A DNA stretch of 62,402 nt from contig NW_019091359.1 of NCBI RefSeq assembly GCF_001949145.1, forward strand, positions 640,997-703,398, given 5' to 3'. The stretch comes from Acanthaster planci (lineage: Eukaryota). The notes under the pieces are model-generated. The model was given only the letters and a program-made list of their open reading frames with translations. It was not told the DNA's origin and searched no databases. Positions 1 to 12,800 of the stretch are shown piece after piece. The stretch's first letter is position 1. Each line of letters opens with the position of its first letter. Both the position numbers and the translations under genes were made by a program.

Positions 1-235
1 AGGAGGTGCTGTAGGCATAGATGACAGGGATTAGGAGGGGTGCTGTAGGTATAGATGACAGGGATTGGGGGGTGCTGTAGGTATAGATGACAGGGATTGG
101 AGGGGTGCTGTAGGTATAGATGACAGGGATTGGAGGGGTGCTCTAGGTATAGATGACAGGGATGGGGGGGTGCTGTATTTATAGATGACAGGGATTGGAG
201 GGGTGCTGTAGGTATAGATGACAGGGATTTGGGGG
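1..235. repeat. Minisatellite, about 7 copies of a ~33-bp unit (GGAGGGGTGCTGTAGGTATAGATGACAGGGATT), in a CIT intron
   Basis: Unit visibly repeated head-to-tail from position 1; explains the repetitive ORF 31..258. Confidence 0.95.
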
Positions 236-699
236 AGTTCTGATGGTCTTAATACCACTGTTAAAATGTGATAACATTACCACGGTTATGGGAGTTTTAA
301 AAAGATGCAATTTTCATTCAGATTTGGAAAACAGTGGTTCTTTCACAGGTTATGACAGGTAGCCACTGGGACAGCAAAGGCTTGTGTAGCGAAAGTTCTA
401 GACCATGTTTGGAAGTAAGGGAGAATGGATGGGAGGCTTTAAAAACCCTTGTATTTGAGATCATTTGTAATAATCTCATTTTCCCTATTTTTTTTATCAT
501 TTTCAAAAGCAATTGGGGAATTTTTGCCTATTTTTGGTAAAGCTTGTAGTAAAATCCCCAGAAGTATTAACTTGAAGCAGGCAAAATTTGAAAAAGGGCA
601 GAAGTTTGACAGGTTTAGACTAATATTCAGATGGGGGAGTATTGGATGTCCTTGATGCATCCCTTGACCAACTTGTTCCATCCAACGTTCTGCCAACAG

Positions 700-840
700 G
701 TGTCTGAGCTGACAAGCCAGTTGCAGAAGAATAAGATGACAACATTTAAGCTGACTCAAGGCCTAGAGGAAGCTATCGAGAAAGGTGAACAGTTGAAGGC
801 AGAGGGACAGGACCTTGAGAATCAGATGGAAAGCATGCAG
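700..840 (+). CDS. CIT: CIT exon (coiled coil)
   Basis: cag|GTGTCTGAG...ATGCAG|gtaatt; [28 protein letters not shown]... Confidence 0.85.
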
Positions 841-3800
841 GTAATTAGACCTGAGAATTCTCAACATATATCATGTTGGATTACTTCCCTTGTACTTAGC
901 TGTGCCATCATCTTGGGTACAGATGCTTACATAGAATCTGTACAATAAACAATCTGGTTACACTCGAGCTCGAGTCAGTAACAGTGAGCCAGTTTGGTAT
1001 TGCAAAGAGCCAAGTGCACGCGTGAGTCAGCGTATGGCTACACTGATAGGACAGACGATTGCGTGAATGCCTAGCTGTTCCTGAATAGCCTTGTACTGGG
1101 CATGCTCTGTTGGAATACTGAAATGGGTTATTAGACTATTAGGGGATCACCCTGGGATTAAATTTGCAAAATGGATTTCAGGCTGTTGAAAGCAATGTAT
1201 AGATACATATACTGGTTTATAGATCTGATCCCATTACAGGAGAATTCAGCTTTTCAGGAGATTTCACCTTTGTTTGAGTAGCTTTTTACTCTGAATTTCA
1301 GCGTGCTTGGTACACCTGCTCTGTATTAAATTATAGGAGCTTTTTGAATTTCAGTTTTTGGTTTTTTTTTGCTGCTGGCCATTTTCAGCTTTTTTTTCTT
1401 TGTAGCCATTCAAAGCCCTGTCATTACTTGTGGGAGAAACTTCTAAATTTAGTGTCACTTTTGTGATGGATTTAACAAAACCAAAAGTCACAGTTTCACT
1501 GCTTATATAAACAAAAGCATTAGCCTATACAGCTACAAGAACTAAATATGTATCGTCTCTCTTGTAGGCTAGCTGATGCCTAAAGATAGCGTGTACAAAA
1601 CAGTTAAATATGCAGTGTAAACAACTGAGGGAGGAGCTTTGTTGAATAAGTGGGCGGCAGGTCAGCTGCTTTTACTCACAAGTCAAATTCAGAGGCAGAC
1701 CTGTATTCAGAATTCTCTTACCTCAAGACCTAGTATGCACTTATTTGATAGTGCCATTTCTGTTACTAATCCTATCAAGTTGATATAATGTGGACAGGTG
1801 CAACATACCCATGAGAAGGTGAAACTAGAGGGTACCTTAGCACAGCAGACCAAGTTGATTGACTTCCTTCAAGCAAAAGTTGAAGCCCCGCCCAAAAAGA
1901 AGAAGAAGAGATTGTTTGGCAAATCAACGAAAGAGAGTAACATGTCGAGCATCCCCATGCAGGTAAGCTGTCTTTATTCTTCCCCAGGCACACCTGTTCA
2001 TTAACTATTCTACGGAATATTGTTCTGAAACTGTAACTAGACAAATTTTATATTCACACACCTAAACTGTGTTAAATTATGTATTTTATTAACAAATGAA
2101 AAAAATGGAGAATTTGGTTAACAAATAGAGGCAAGTAATGTTAGAACATCATTGCATTTATCTAAGTCTCAATTGATTTGGTGTTAAACCTCAGTTATGG
2201 ATGCATAAAGAAATTGTCAATTTGGAAGTTAGGCTCAGGTAAAAATGATTTTCTTTTCTCCATGCAGTACAAGGAGCTACAGCAGGCTTTGGAGATGGAA
2301 AGAAGCAGGAAACAAGACCTTCAGCAGCAACTGACAAAGACCAAGGCAGAGTTACAAGTAGCAAAGATGGAAGGTTGGTTGTACTATGCAACTCTTGTGA
2401 TATAAGGCCATCATTTTGGTAGAGCTTTGAGTACTGTGTTTCTTCGCCTGGCTTATTTCCTTCAAGTAGTATTTGTTTTTCTTTAGCTGCTATAGGGCAT
2501 CTGTCAAGATCAATTTTGTGCATATGAAGCCATCTGGCAATTTAGGATTTGCAAGCTGATGTGTGGTTATGAGGGAAATTGTTTCACGGATCTTAAGCCA
2601 GTAATATCCAAATTTAAGTTTGTATAAGTAGGCTACTTCAGAAGTAACTACATCTTTGTGGAGATAATAGTTTCACAAATCAAACCTTGTTGAAGGAGCC
2701 TAGTTAACACCTCAGGTATGCAAAGTTGAAATATGCGCTCATTTACTTGCAGGGAGAGAAAGGCATAGCTTAGATGCTTAGTCTTACATATGAATCCTCA
2801 GTCCAACCAGTGAGGTTGTATCTTTCCTGACGTTCATTCCTCTCCATGCCCAGCTAACTTGCCTTAATCTACATCTTGATTCCTTGTCTTCACATCTATG
2901 TAGCTGGTACCAAACCTCATTCAGACCTCAAGACTCCTAAGCCCTGCCATCAAGCCAATCCCCACCTGCTATCAGCCATTGTCCTGTCTCCAACCAACCA
3001 GCCAAGTCCTAGCCTCTTCACTCCGGTCCCCAATGCCAGGGCTAGCTCTAAGCGCAAGACAGCCCAGAGTGGCAAGGAGGCAAAACGCTTGAAGGAACGC
3101 ATGAAGCACAACATACCCCATCGCCTGGTGACTGGACTGAATGCACGCGCCACCAAGTGTGCTGTCTGCGTCGACACTGTGCACTTCGGACGGCAGTGTG
3201 CCAAATGCCAGGGTGAGATTTCTGAAAATGACGCTTAAGTGTGCCAGAAATTATAATGAACACTTCTACCATGCTACATCAGGGCTCGAAATTATCGGAC
3301 AAATGTGCCCGTTTGTCTCAGAAATGTGCCTGTGAATCATAAAGACGGGCACAAGTACTTACGCCCATTTGATTCCATTATTGTAATGAAAAATACATGT
3401 ACCTGAACATTTTCAGTAGAAACAAACGGGACCCGTTTATTTCTACTTTTGTCATGAAAAATACCTGAACTTTTTGACTTCGGATCTTCGGACTTCGGAT
3501 CAGCCTTGTCATGGAACCATAACACGGTAAATTTTCTTTTTATGATGCCACCAAGCGCACGCCACAGTTTCGCATGCAATGCATGCGCACGCATACCCGC
3601 AGCCAGTGTCATGATCTCGCTGAATGGTCTGCACAGTGGCCCTGTCTGAATTGGTACGGCTGGAATTTACACAAGATTGTATGGAAACTGGCTGCGACCA
3701 CAACCTCCTGGACTCGTGCGTAAATTCAAGCCAAACCAGTGGATTCGGCTCAGACTTCAGTGTCGCTGGTTCCAGTCATAGCTTGAACATGTGGTTTTGA

Positions 3801-6800
3801 ACCAGCGAAACCGAAGTCTCAGCCTAATCCACTCATTTTGAAAACGGTTGATTGTTGCCGTTAGTTCCTTTTTATGTCTGGGTGCATATGCACGGTTTAA
3901 AGGCTCGGCACCCGACTGTTGGGGGTCTTTGCTTTTTTTTTTCTTCAACATATGTCTTTAATATTGTATGGGAGCTCCTTGCTCCCATAAACTGACGTGG
4001 GATGACAGGTCCCTATGGCCATGTGAATCTCCTTGCTTTTGTCTCCCCTATGCCCGTCTCGCTGGGGTATGTTTCTATTTATGGCCTGCATCAATAATAA
4101 TAATAAATTCAGCTGTCTAGGGAGCAAGTACTTGCTCCTGCTATAATTAGCCCAATTTTGAGCCCTGTACATGCACAGACTGACCTTGCTTGCTTGCCGT
4201 CTTTCAGTAACACCATCTGAGTAGTTTTTTCTATTGGGGACTTTGGGGAATGTTATCAACTTCATGGAGGAATAGGAGATGGTGTTTTTACCAAGAAATG
4301 ACATCCCTTTGGTTAAGGATTTACCACATGCATGCAAGGGTGCATGCTTTTAGGTATTGTTTACTGAAAGGGGGATTTTCCATTGCTGTTAATTGCAGTG
4401 GCATTTCAATTTGTGTTTTTTTGTTCTCTCCTTGCAGAGTGTCACCAGGTTTGTCACCCCAAGTGTGCTCCATCTTTGCCCCACACTTGTGGCCTTCCGT
4501 CGCAGTATGTACAGCATTTCAGTCAGGCCATGCATTGCAAGACAGCTTCCCCCAAAGTGGGACCCATTGAAGGAGAGAGTGGCTCAGTCACCCTGCAGAG
4601 TTGGATGAAGATACCCAAGTATGCACATCTCATTTTGTCCATTCTCAGAAGAGAATTCCTAACCTCCACCCAATAGTGAATCCTTCATGTATGGTGTTCA
4701 TCTTCACCACTTCAGGTGGGATGGTGTGTGAACACAGGGATTTTTCTGCGTCTGTGACACATTCTGGGGAATTCCGTTTGTAGTGCTGTGTAGCGCCTAC
4801 ACTCATCCTGATTCTTGAGTGATTTCCATTGAGTTTGTACACACACAGGCCAAAAGTCGGTGGAGGTTGATAGTGTGTGGAGCCCTCAAATGGCCGTTGG
4901 CCATGGCTGGGTGTTCTAGCAAATATCACTCAGCGGCAGTGTCTCCGAGTTTTGAAAAGATGATGACATGGTAGGACATGATGCAAAAACTGAACGAAAG
5001 ACCACCAAGGCTCAGTATTTGGAAAGACCAACTTTGTAAAGGACTGAGGTTGTGGTATCTTGCCGTTTTTAAAAGTCAGGATTATTTTGCTGGAAAGTAA
5101 TATCGCACTCAAGAAAAGTGTGACATGGGATAATACCATCAGCACCAAAACTCTCATTTGGGGCTTGCATCTTATGCAACAAATCTATGCTGCATCCGGG
5201 CGATATACGTATAGTATACTGTCCAGGAAATGTTATGCTGCTGTGCAACATTCCAAAAATTTCATAAATATCTCAGACAAGGACAAACACTTCTTTTCGG
5301 ACCTCTTGGCGTATATTTTGTCACATCGTGAAGCAGTTGTTGAATTAGGTCCGTGGATATTTTGTGTATTGTTTGGAAACCTGAATTATACAACAGGCCA
5401 TTAACATTAACAGTTGTCTCAAAGTTTTGACAGAGTTAAACTGGAGTTATGTAGTGATTTTTCTTTTTTCTTTTCGCTTTTTTGAGCTGTACCTTTCCAT
5501 CTGTAACTTTCACAGCGTAGTCACTGTGCGTGTATATCACATCTGAATTGCTTATACTGATGATGTACATTTCAAATTCCTATAATGCCTAGTCCATTGA
5601 ATGATATTTTTTTTTGTATTGTAATTCTGTACTGCAGGATTGGTAAATCTGGTTGGGATAAGAAGTGGGTTGTTCTAGAGGGAACCAAGCTATGCATCTA
5701 TGACAAGGAGAACACCAGTGGTAAGACTCCAAACAAGACTTTATCCTTGCCTGTGGTGTTTGATTGACTGTTGGTTGTTTACTTCTGGGCTACGATATCG
5801 CAGTAACATCAGACTGTGTGATGTGAAACCAAAGATTGGACTCTTATATATAACAGGTTTGCCCTTACCCAACGTATATTAATAAGCACTGTATGCTCAG
5901 TGCTTGAGGGGGGGGGTTTCTTAACTCATACTTTTTAGAAAAGATAATATTGCAGGAGATCAAGTCTAAACTCAGGGGTGGCTTGCTACGTACGTTGCGA
6001 ATTGTTTCAAGAGAATTAAGATACGTGTAGTTTGACCACTGGAAATATTTTTCAGGTACCTGTCAGCCAGTTGATGAGTTTGAACTGTGCCCATCTGATG
6101 GAAGGGTGACAGTCCATGCCGGGGTGACAGCAGTAGAGCTGAGAAACACCGCCTCCACAGATCTGACCTATGTCCTCCGCATAGAGTATCACCCCCATAC
6201 CACCTGCTGGCCCGGCCGTAGTCTCTTCCTCATGGCACCCAGCTTCTCTGACAAACAGAAGTGGCTGATGACCCTGGAGTTTGTCATGAGTGAAGGTGCC
6301 GTGGGGGTCAAGGTGGCCAGAGATAATGCACGTCTCCTGGGCAATACCCTGCTGAGTTTGGAGGCGGAAAATAAGGTGGACATCAACTGCACCCTGCTAC
6401 TTAGTCACGAGGTGAGATACGCATGAGTGAAGGGTTTTAGTTTTGGTCAGATTGTTTTTTACCACTCTCCACTCCTGCAGGAACTAAAAGTTTTTATATT
6501 TTTAGATCAGAACAATATCCTTTCGGTAGCAAAAAAATTACCTACTTGTCATAATCCCCAAATGATAATTTTGCCTGTATGGAAGGAGGTAATGGCAACT
6601 GTTTAACACAGTGCATGTATTTACTGCATCTATTTTCTTCATTGCTACCTTGTAAAAACTCCTGCAGCTACTTAACTTGTTCTCAAATTTCATTTCATAA
6701 GTACCTTTTTATAATGCTCGGTCATCCTCAAATCTGGATCTCTGATGACTGAACAGTCCACCTTTCTGTCCAAGCTCACTCCTCATGAAGTCGTGCAGGA

Positions 6801-9800
6801 CCCATGCTTCTCATCTCTTGATTATTAAAAACAATGCATACATTTGCTTGATTTGGCAGATGTGGAACAATATAGCATTTGTCAAGTTTTTAATGTCAAT
6901 CACACAGTGTAATATTTTATAGGGTAATATTGGTTCATTTCCATGTATTTGATGTCAGTTAATGCTGATTGGCTGTGAAGACGGACTCTTTGCCATGGCA
7001 ATCACTGCATCCCCTCAACCTCTATCTCAGTTGAGTGGCATAGAGAGTGTCTTCCAGATGAAGGCAATAGCTCCTCTTGGTATTGCCATCATGACTGTTG
7101 GTAAGTGGGACTGTAAAGAAAAAGCTTCACAGAATCATAGAGGTTGTTTTAGGAGAGTAAATGTATGATGCATGCAGGGCTGGGATTTCTCCATCATTTC
7201 TTGACCAAAACATTGTGAATTTTAGAGATTGGATTTTCATAATTTGCTACTTTTTAAAGTTTTTTGGCACAGAAAATCAAGTTAAAGTTCCACCTAATCG
7301 TAGCCATTGTTAAGAGGACTTATTGCTTATATGCTTACTTACTCCCTGAAAAGTCCCAGTAGTTGGTGACTGCCATCATTAAAACCCTGTCTACGGGATA
7401 TTTCTTAGACTTTTTTCAACCCCCCCCCCATCTGACATCCACTCTGACTCCCATGTCCATTTGGACGAATTGCCATGTAACAGCTGCATGTATGTGATAA
7501 ACGTAGCATTGTATTTGATGAGGTGTGTTTGTACCCTCAGGCCCTGAGCGTAGGCTGTGCTTTGCAGATCTCACTCACTTGAAGACCATGGCTAGCCAGG
7601 CTAGTGTGACAGAGGCCGTTATCAACTACACACCAATTGAAAATCTTCAGGTAAGTACGTGTGCAGCAGTCAAGATGATTCAAAGCAGACTGGTATACAA
7701 GAGCCAGCAAGACATGAAAATGATATCTAGGAGAGACAGCCCAGGCGTAATGTGAGTGGGAGGGTATGACCAAATAACTCGGTCATCATTTAATAATTGT
7801 TGCCTGCAGTGTAGGGGTCCATGGTGTTTTGTACGGCCAAGGGAGCAAATGGCACTCAAAGGCAAAGCCAAGGGTGACATTTGCCCCTGAGGGTGTACAA
7901 AACCCATGGACCCCCTCACAGCAGGCAACAATTGTTTTGTTACACCATGGTCGTAAATTACACTGGAACGGTCTTACGTGTAATATATGCATATTTTATT
8001 GCAAGATAAATTAAAATACTTTGACAAATTGAAACACGTGAACAGTAAATGAAATATTAATTTTCCCTTGCACTGGTTTATATACCATCAGAAAGTGAAG
8101 CCATGCCGTACAAAGTGAAATTTAGCAGTGAAAATATTGAAGCAGTTACTTAGAAAGCACTTACGATTTCTCAGACCAGTCTCATAGGGTTCGTGCACAT
8201 GGTGTCAAGTGATGTCCATGTATGGAACTCTTCAAAAACGAAACTCAAGCGGTAAATTTAAAGGTAAAGAGTACCTGTCCCATGAGGCTTGCCTGAAGGA
8301 ATAGAGTTTTGTCCCCGGCATTCGGGCAACCATTAATGTCAAGGCCTGACCACTGCATCCTTAGCTTTTCATTTCTGTGAGTTGATGTCTATAAGTTGGG
8401 TTGGTTGAAGCGAAGTTCACAGAGTGAACCTTGTGAATTTTGATTGTCAGGCCTGCCACCTCTTTGCATATGGAGTAGTCAATGGATCCCCATACATATG
8501 CGCGGCTACACCTAAGAAGATCAGCATTCTCAAATATAGCAAGTTGAATGGAGTCGCCAAGTTCTCTACCCGCAAGGTAGGCCAGAGAATTCAAGTCGCG
8601 CTGTTTTACCAGAGATTTGTAGGCATGCAAATTTGTCTTCTAAGAACAATGGGACACGTCAGTGTCTTGTTTTTATTGCTTAAAATGATGCAGATCGTTC
8701 AATGAGTGTGCAAAAGATCGCATTTCCTTTTTCATTGATGCATTTGTTAAGCTCATTACATATTTTGTCCCAGTGTTTTCGGGATCCTACAACATCAGAA
8801 TCATTGCGAAGACCAAAGTGTTGTAAGGGACACTTTCAAGGTGGCTTTCTGTTTAGGTCAGATACTGACTTTTGATATTGGCTTGATACAGACATTTTGG
8901 TTTAGGCCTGAGGTAGAAATTTTGTTATAGGTGTTGTTGAACGGCCTGATATTTTAGCCTAATAGCAATGCCCTCTGGAAACTCCCAACAAAGGTTCTAT
9001 ATTTCCTTAGTAATAAACAATTTCCCACAATGAAATACCAAGGCGTTTACTAGTGCATGTAAAGAATATCTGAGGATGCTAGCCATTGAAGTCAGCTCTG
9101 AATATGTTTTCATATTGTATTGACTCAGCATCTACCATCTTCGTGTTTGTCTTTGGCAAGCCACAATGATTTCTTTCAAATAGTTTGCAAATATAGCGTC
9201 CTCTTTCCAGAGGTCCTCTTTCCAAATTTCTGGATTCTCATCTCTCTTTAATGCAGTAACAACTCAAATAAAGCTGTGGCGAGGTGGCATTTGTTTTCTC
9301 ATGGGTAGCCCATTCAAAAGAGCTGTTGTATGGTCTTCATAGTTGGCGCTAAATATCTGCTTGTTATCTCTTGTAGGAGATCAACACATCAGAACCATGC
9401 AGTTGTTTGTCATTCACACCAAACAGCCTGCTTGCTGGAACTGATCGCTTCTATCAGATTGACCTAGACAGCTATCAAGTCGACGGTGAGAATTTTGGAG
9501 ATACACTTACACTTTTGAGCACAGAAATCACCGAGATCATGATAATGGTTAATTGAGTTTGGAGTCAGGGGTGAAATGCAGCAGCTGTTGAATTGCTGCT
9601 CAAAATGTTTGAAAATGCAACACCATTCAGATTGATAAAACAGCAGTAATTGAATGGGAAGGGTAATTTTCAGATTGGACCGAGAAATTTGTTAAGTCAC
9701 TTTCTGAACACAAGTTTGGCAGAATATTTGCAACATTAAGAAGAGGTAAATGCCATCTTGCAACGTGTTAACAGCAACAGACTTTGTATCCATTTTTTGT

Positions 9801-12800
9801 TTCTACACTGAGGACTTCTGTTTACTTCGTGTAGTGTGTAGAATCGCTCTTGTATCAGAGAGAACATGTCAGGGTTAACACCATCAAGGAGTCACATAAC
9901 ATACTTTACTGTGCCGTCTTACAGAGTTCCTGGATTCCACTGACACATCCTTGGCATTTGCCGTCTTTGGAGCAAGTCAAGTCAACAGTTTCCCAATTGC
10001 GGTGGTGCAGGTTGCCCCTGATGGCTTTGAAAGAGAGTATCTGCTCTGTTTCCATGGTAATACAAAAGACCCTCAAAAGCATGTCGTAGACCTTTAAAAA
10101 AATAGCAATTTGTAATGACTAAAAAAACAAAAGTAGATTTCCTTGATTAGCAATCAATACATTCATGCACAAAATTAACTTAACTGTTCCACAGAGAGAA
10201 TGTGGACCCAAAGACATGAAGGACCATTGGAAATGAAGTGTTTACAGAATACATGTGGAATTCCCTTCTTTGTCACTTTGTTTTTAGTTTGTGTGGCTAT
10301 TTCATCGGGCACATTTTCAACAATCTTCAAAATAATGAGAAGCAAATAAGTGATTCTGGTGAAGTAAGCACACAGAATGGTGGTTTATTTGGATAGTGAC
10401 GCACTCTGGATCATGCACTTTGTCCTGTGTTCTCATCATTTCTGATGTTTACCCTCCATCTTGAGCTGAAGTGCGCCCTCACCGGCAATGCAGAGACAGG
10501 CTAAGTTTACCAACTGCGCATACATTCCAAATGAATTGGTTGCTCGTGCTCAGTGTGTCTTGGTACCAGACAGACAAAACCTGTGCGCATGCATACAGTG
10601 AGTTGCCACTGTAATCTCCACATGAAAACACACCCTCTCTTTTTTCCTCTTGGAGTAGATTGTTGTCGGAGAATCATTATAAAATATCATATGATATTGA
10701 TTAACTGTTATCAGTAGCATTGTTGATAATTTTTATTTCAACTTGCAGAATTTGGTGTGTTTGTTGATGGCAAGGGGCGGCGTACTCGACCTGAAGATAT
10801 GAAGTGGTCTCGCCTACCATTAGCTTTCATGTTCAGAGGACCTTACCTCTATGTGACCCACTTCAACTCCATGGAGGTTTGTGAGATCAAACCACTGGTG
10901 GATAAGGACAGGTAACCAGTTCAGATTATTGAGTCTCAAATGAAATTGGATCAAGTAACTGGAGTTTGGCCCATCACTGACAGCTTAGGAATAATCTAGT
11001 TTACCATTCCATTTTGACCTTTAAAAGGCGTTTGCATTTTGCCTCCTCAACTCTAAATTGCCATTACTAGCACAAACAGGCCACGGTAAAAACAGGTTGT
11101 TTTTTTTTTTCAAAAAAGTAACAGTACACTTGGCCCTTTCAAACTGCCATTATTTTGTGTATCAAGTTTAGGCAAAGCCACTGGACTCTCCAACTCAATC
11201 CATTTTACTCAGGATTTTCTCTTTTTGCTGCTAAAACTCTTTATCCCAGCTAGTGTCTTCCAAACTCCTTCAGCTGAAGGAGTTTCTGCTAAATTTTTAC
11301 TGTTGAGAATTTTGCTTAGTGTAAAATGTGTCCTTATTAAGGTAGCATTATTGGAAATTGAATTTGTGGATTGGTGTTCAAGGCGTTTATGCTTTGTAGC
11401 TTACTGAAGTAATTTGAATAAACAAGACGGGACAAATTGTCAGCTGGGATACACAAGAATTTGCCTCATTGCTAAACTTTTAATTGTTTTGTGGCAGCCT
11501 TACTGGAAAAGCTGGGCATGCATTAATCTCAACTCTGAATGTCTATAGAAATACATGTATATCTGTCTGGTAAGATCAATGCTAGACAACCAATGCCATC
11601 TCTACCATTGGGTCCTATGAATATAAAGTAGCATTTGCTTTTACTACCATTTTTGAAGCATTTACTCGTGTTTGTATGAATAATAATGAAGCAAATGCTT
11701 TCACTTTATTGCAGTCGCTAAAAAGTGAAAGTATTTACTTTTTACTCTTTAAGCTTGTGCTCGACAATAAGCAGTTGCTTCATTTTGTATGAACAAAAAA
11801 AAGTTCTACACAACTGGAGTATTTACTTGACATTTTTCAAGACTGGGTTAGGGCAAGCTTGAAAACGAGGAGTATTTGCTAATGTTCAAAATGGCAGCGT
11901 TCATGAATGTCATTCGAAAGGAAAAGCTGAATGCTATGCCTTTAGGAGGGAATCTCAAGAAACCAGGTGAAGGCAGTTGTACCGATTTGAGAGTGGCAGA
12001 GCAATTTTCTTCATCAAGGTTTTTGCGATCAAAATTACTGTCCTCTTGTTTATCTGCCATGCTGAGGTCTCAAGATACAACACCATGCTGCACTCTGTGT
12101 ACCTGTCCGTGCAGACAACGGAAGCCCTCTTGTACAAAACTATTTGGCTGTGCAGTCAGCCACAAGCATAAAGCATTTGCTAATATTTATACTAATAGAT
12201 ACTGAATAGTAAAAGAAACATTTTTATACATACAAATTCAAGCATTTGCTTATTCTTAATGGTTTTACTTCTCAGTAAATGCTTTTCCTGTTTGCTTGAA
12301 CTTGATAGCATTTGCTATTTGTCTGTCCTCTTTTTGTAGCGCTGGAATTCACACCTTCCTAGATCTCCCCAGTCCTCGTCTGGTTGGCTGGGGTATCACT
12401 CAAGGCACCTGCTATGTCACATCAACCACTGATAGCAGGCTAGACCTGATATGTCTGAAGGGACATACAGCCCAGGCTAAACCACAGGATTCTGATGGGT
12501 ATGAGGAGCCTAGAAGGTCCCACAGATTACAGAGGGGATCCAGTGGTAGCACAGCCAGCAGCTGGTAAGCTCATCAAGGATTGACCATTCATAAACATCA
12601 GTTCCAACGGACTACCAAATACATGTAGTAATTGTGTTGTTAAATCACTTCGTGTTGCTTGTGTGGAAAAGGGTTGGTCTCAAGTAAAGAAGGCAGTTAT
12701 TGACTGTGCTGATTTGTGAGTTTTCTGTGAAGAAACACGCAGAAACTACAAGGGTGACTGTACATATTCCCACAGCCACAGGAATAATTATTTTGATCAT

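Noticed and set aside
1..258. Repetitive 75-aa ORF and CRISPR-like periodicity
   Set aside because: Pure head-to-tail minisatellite without unique spacers, in a eukaryotic intron.
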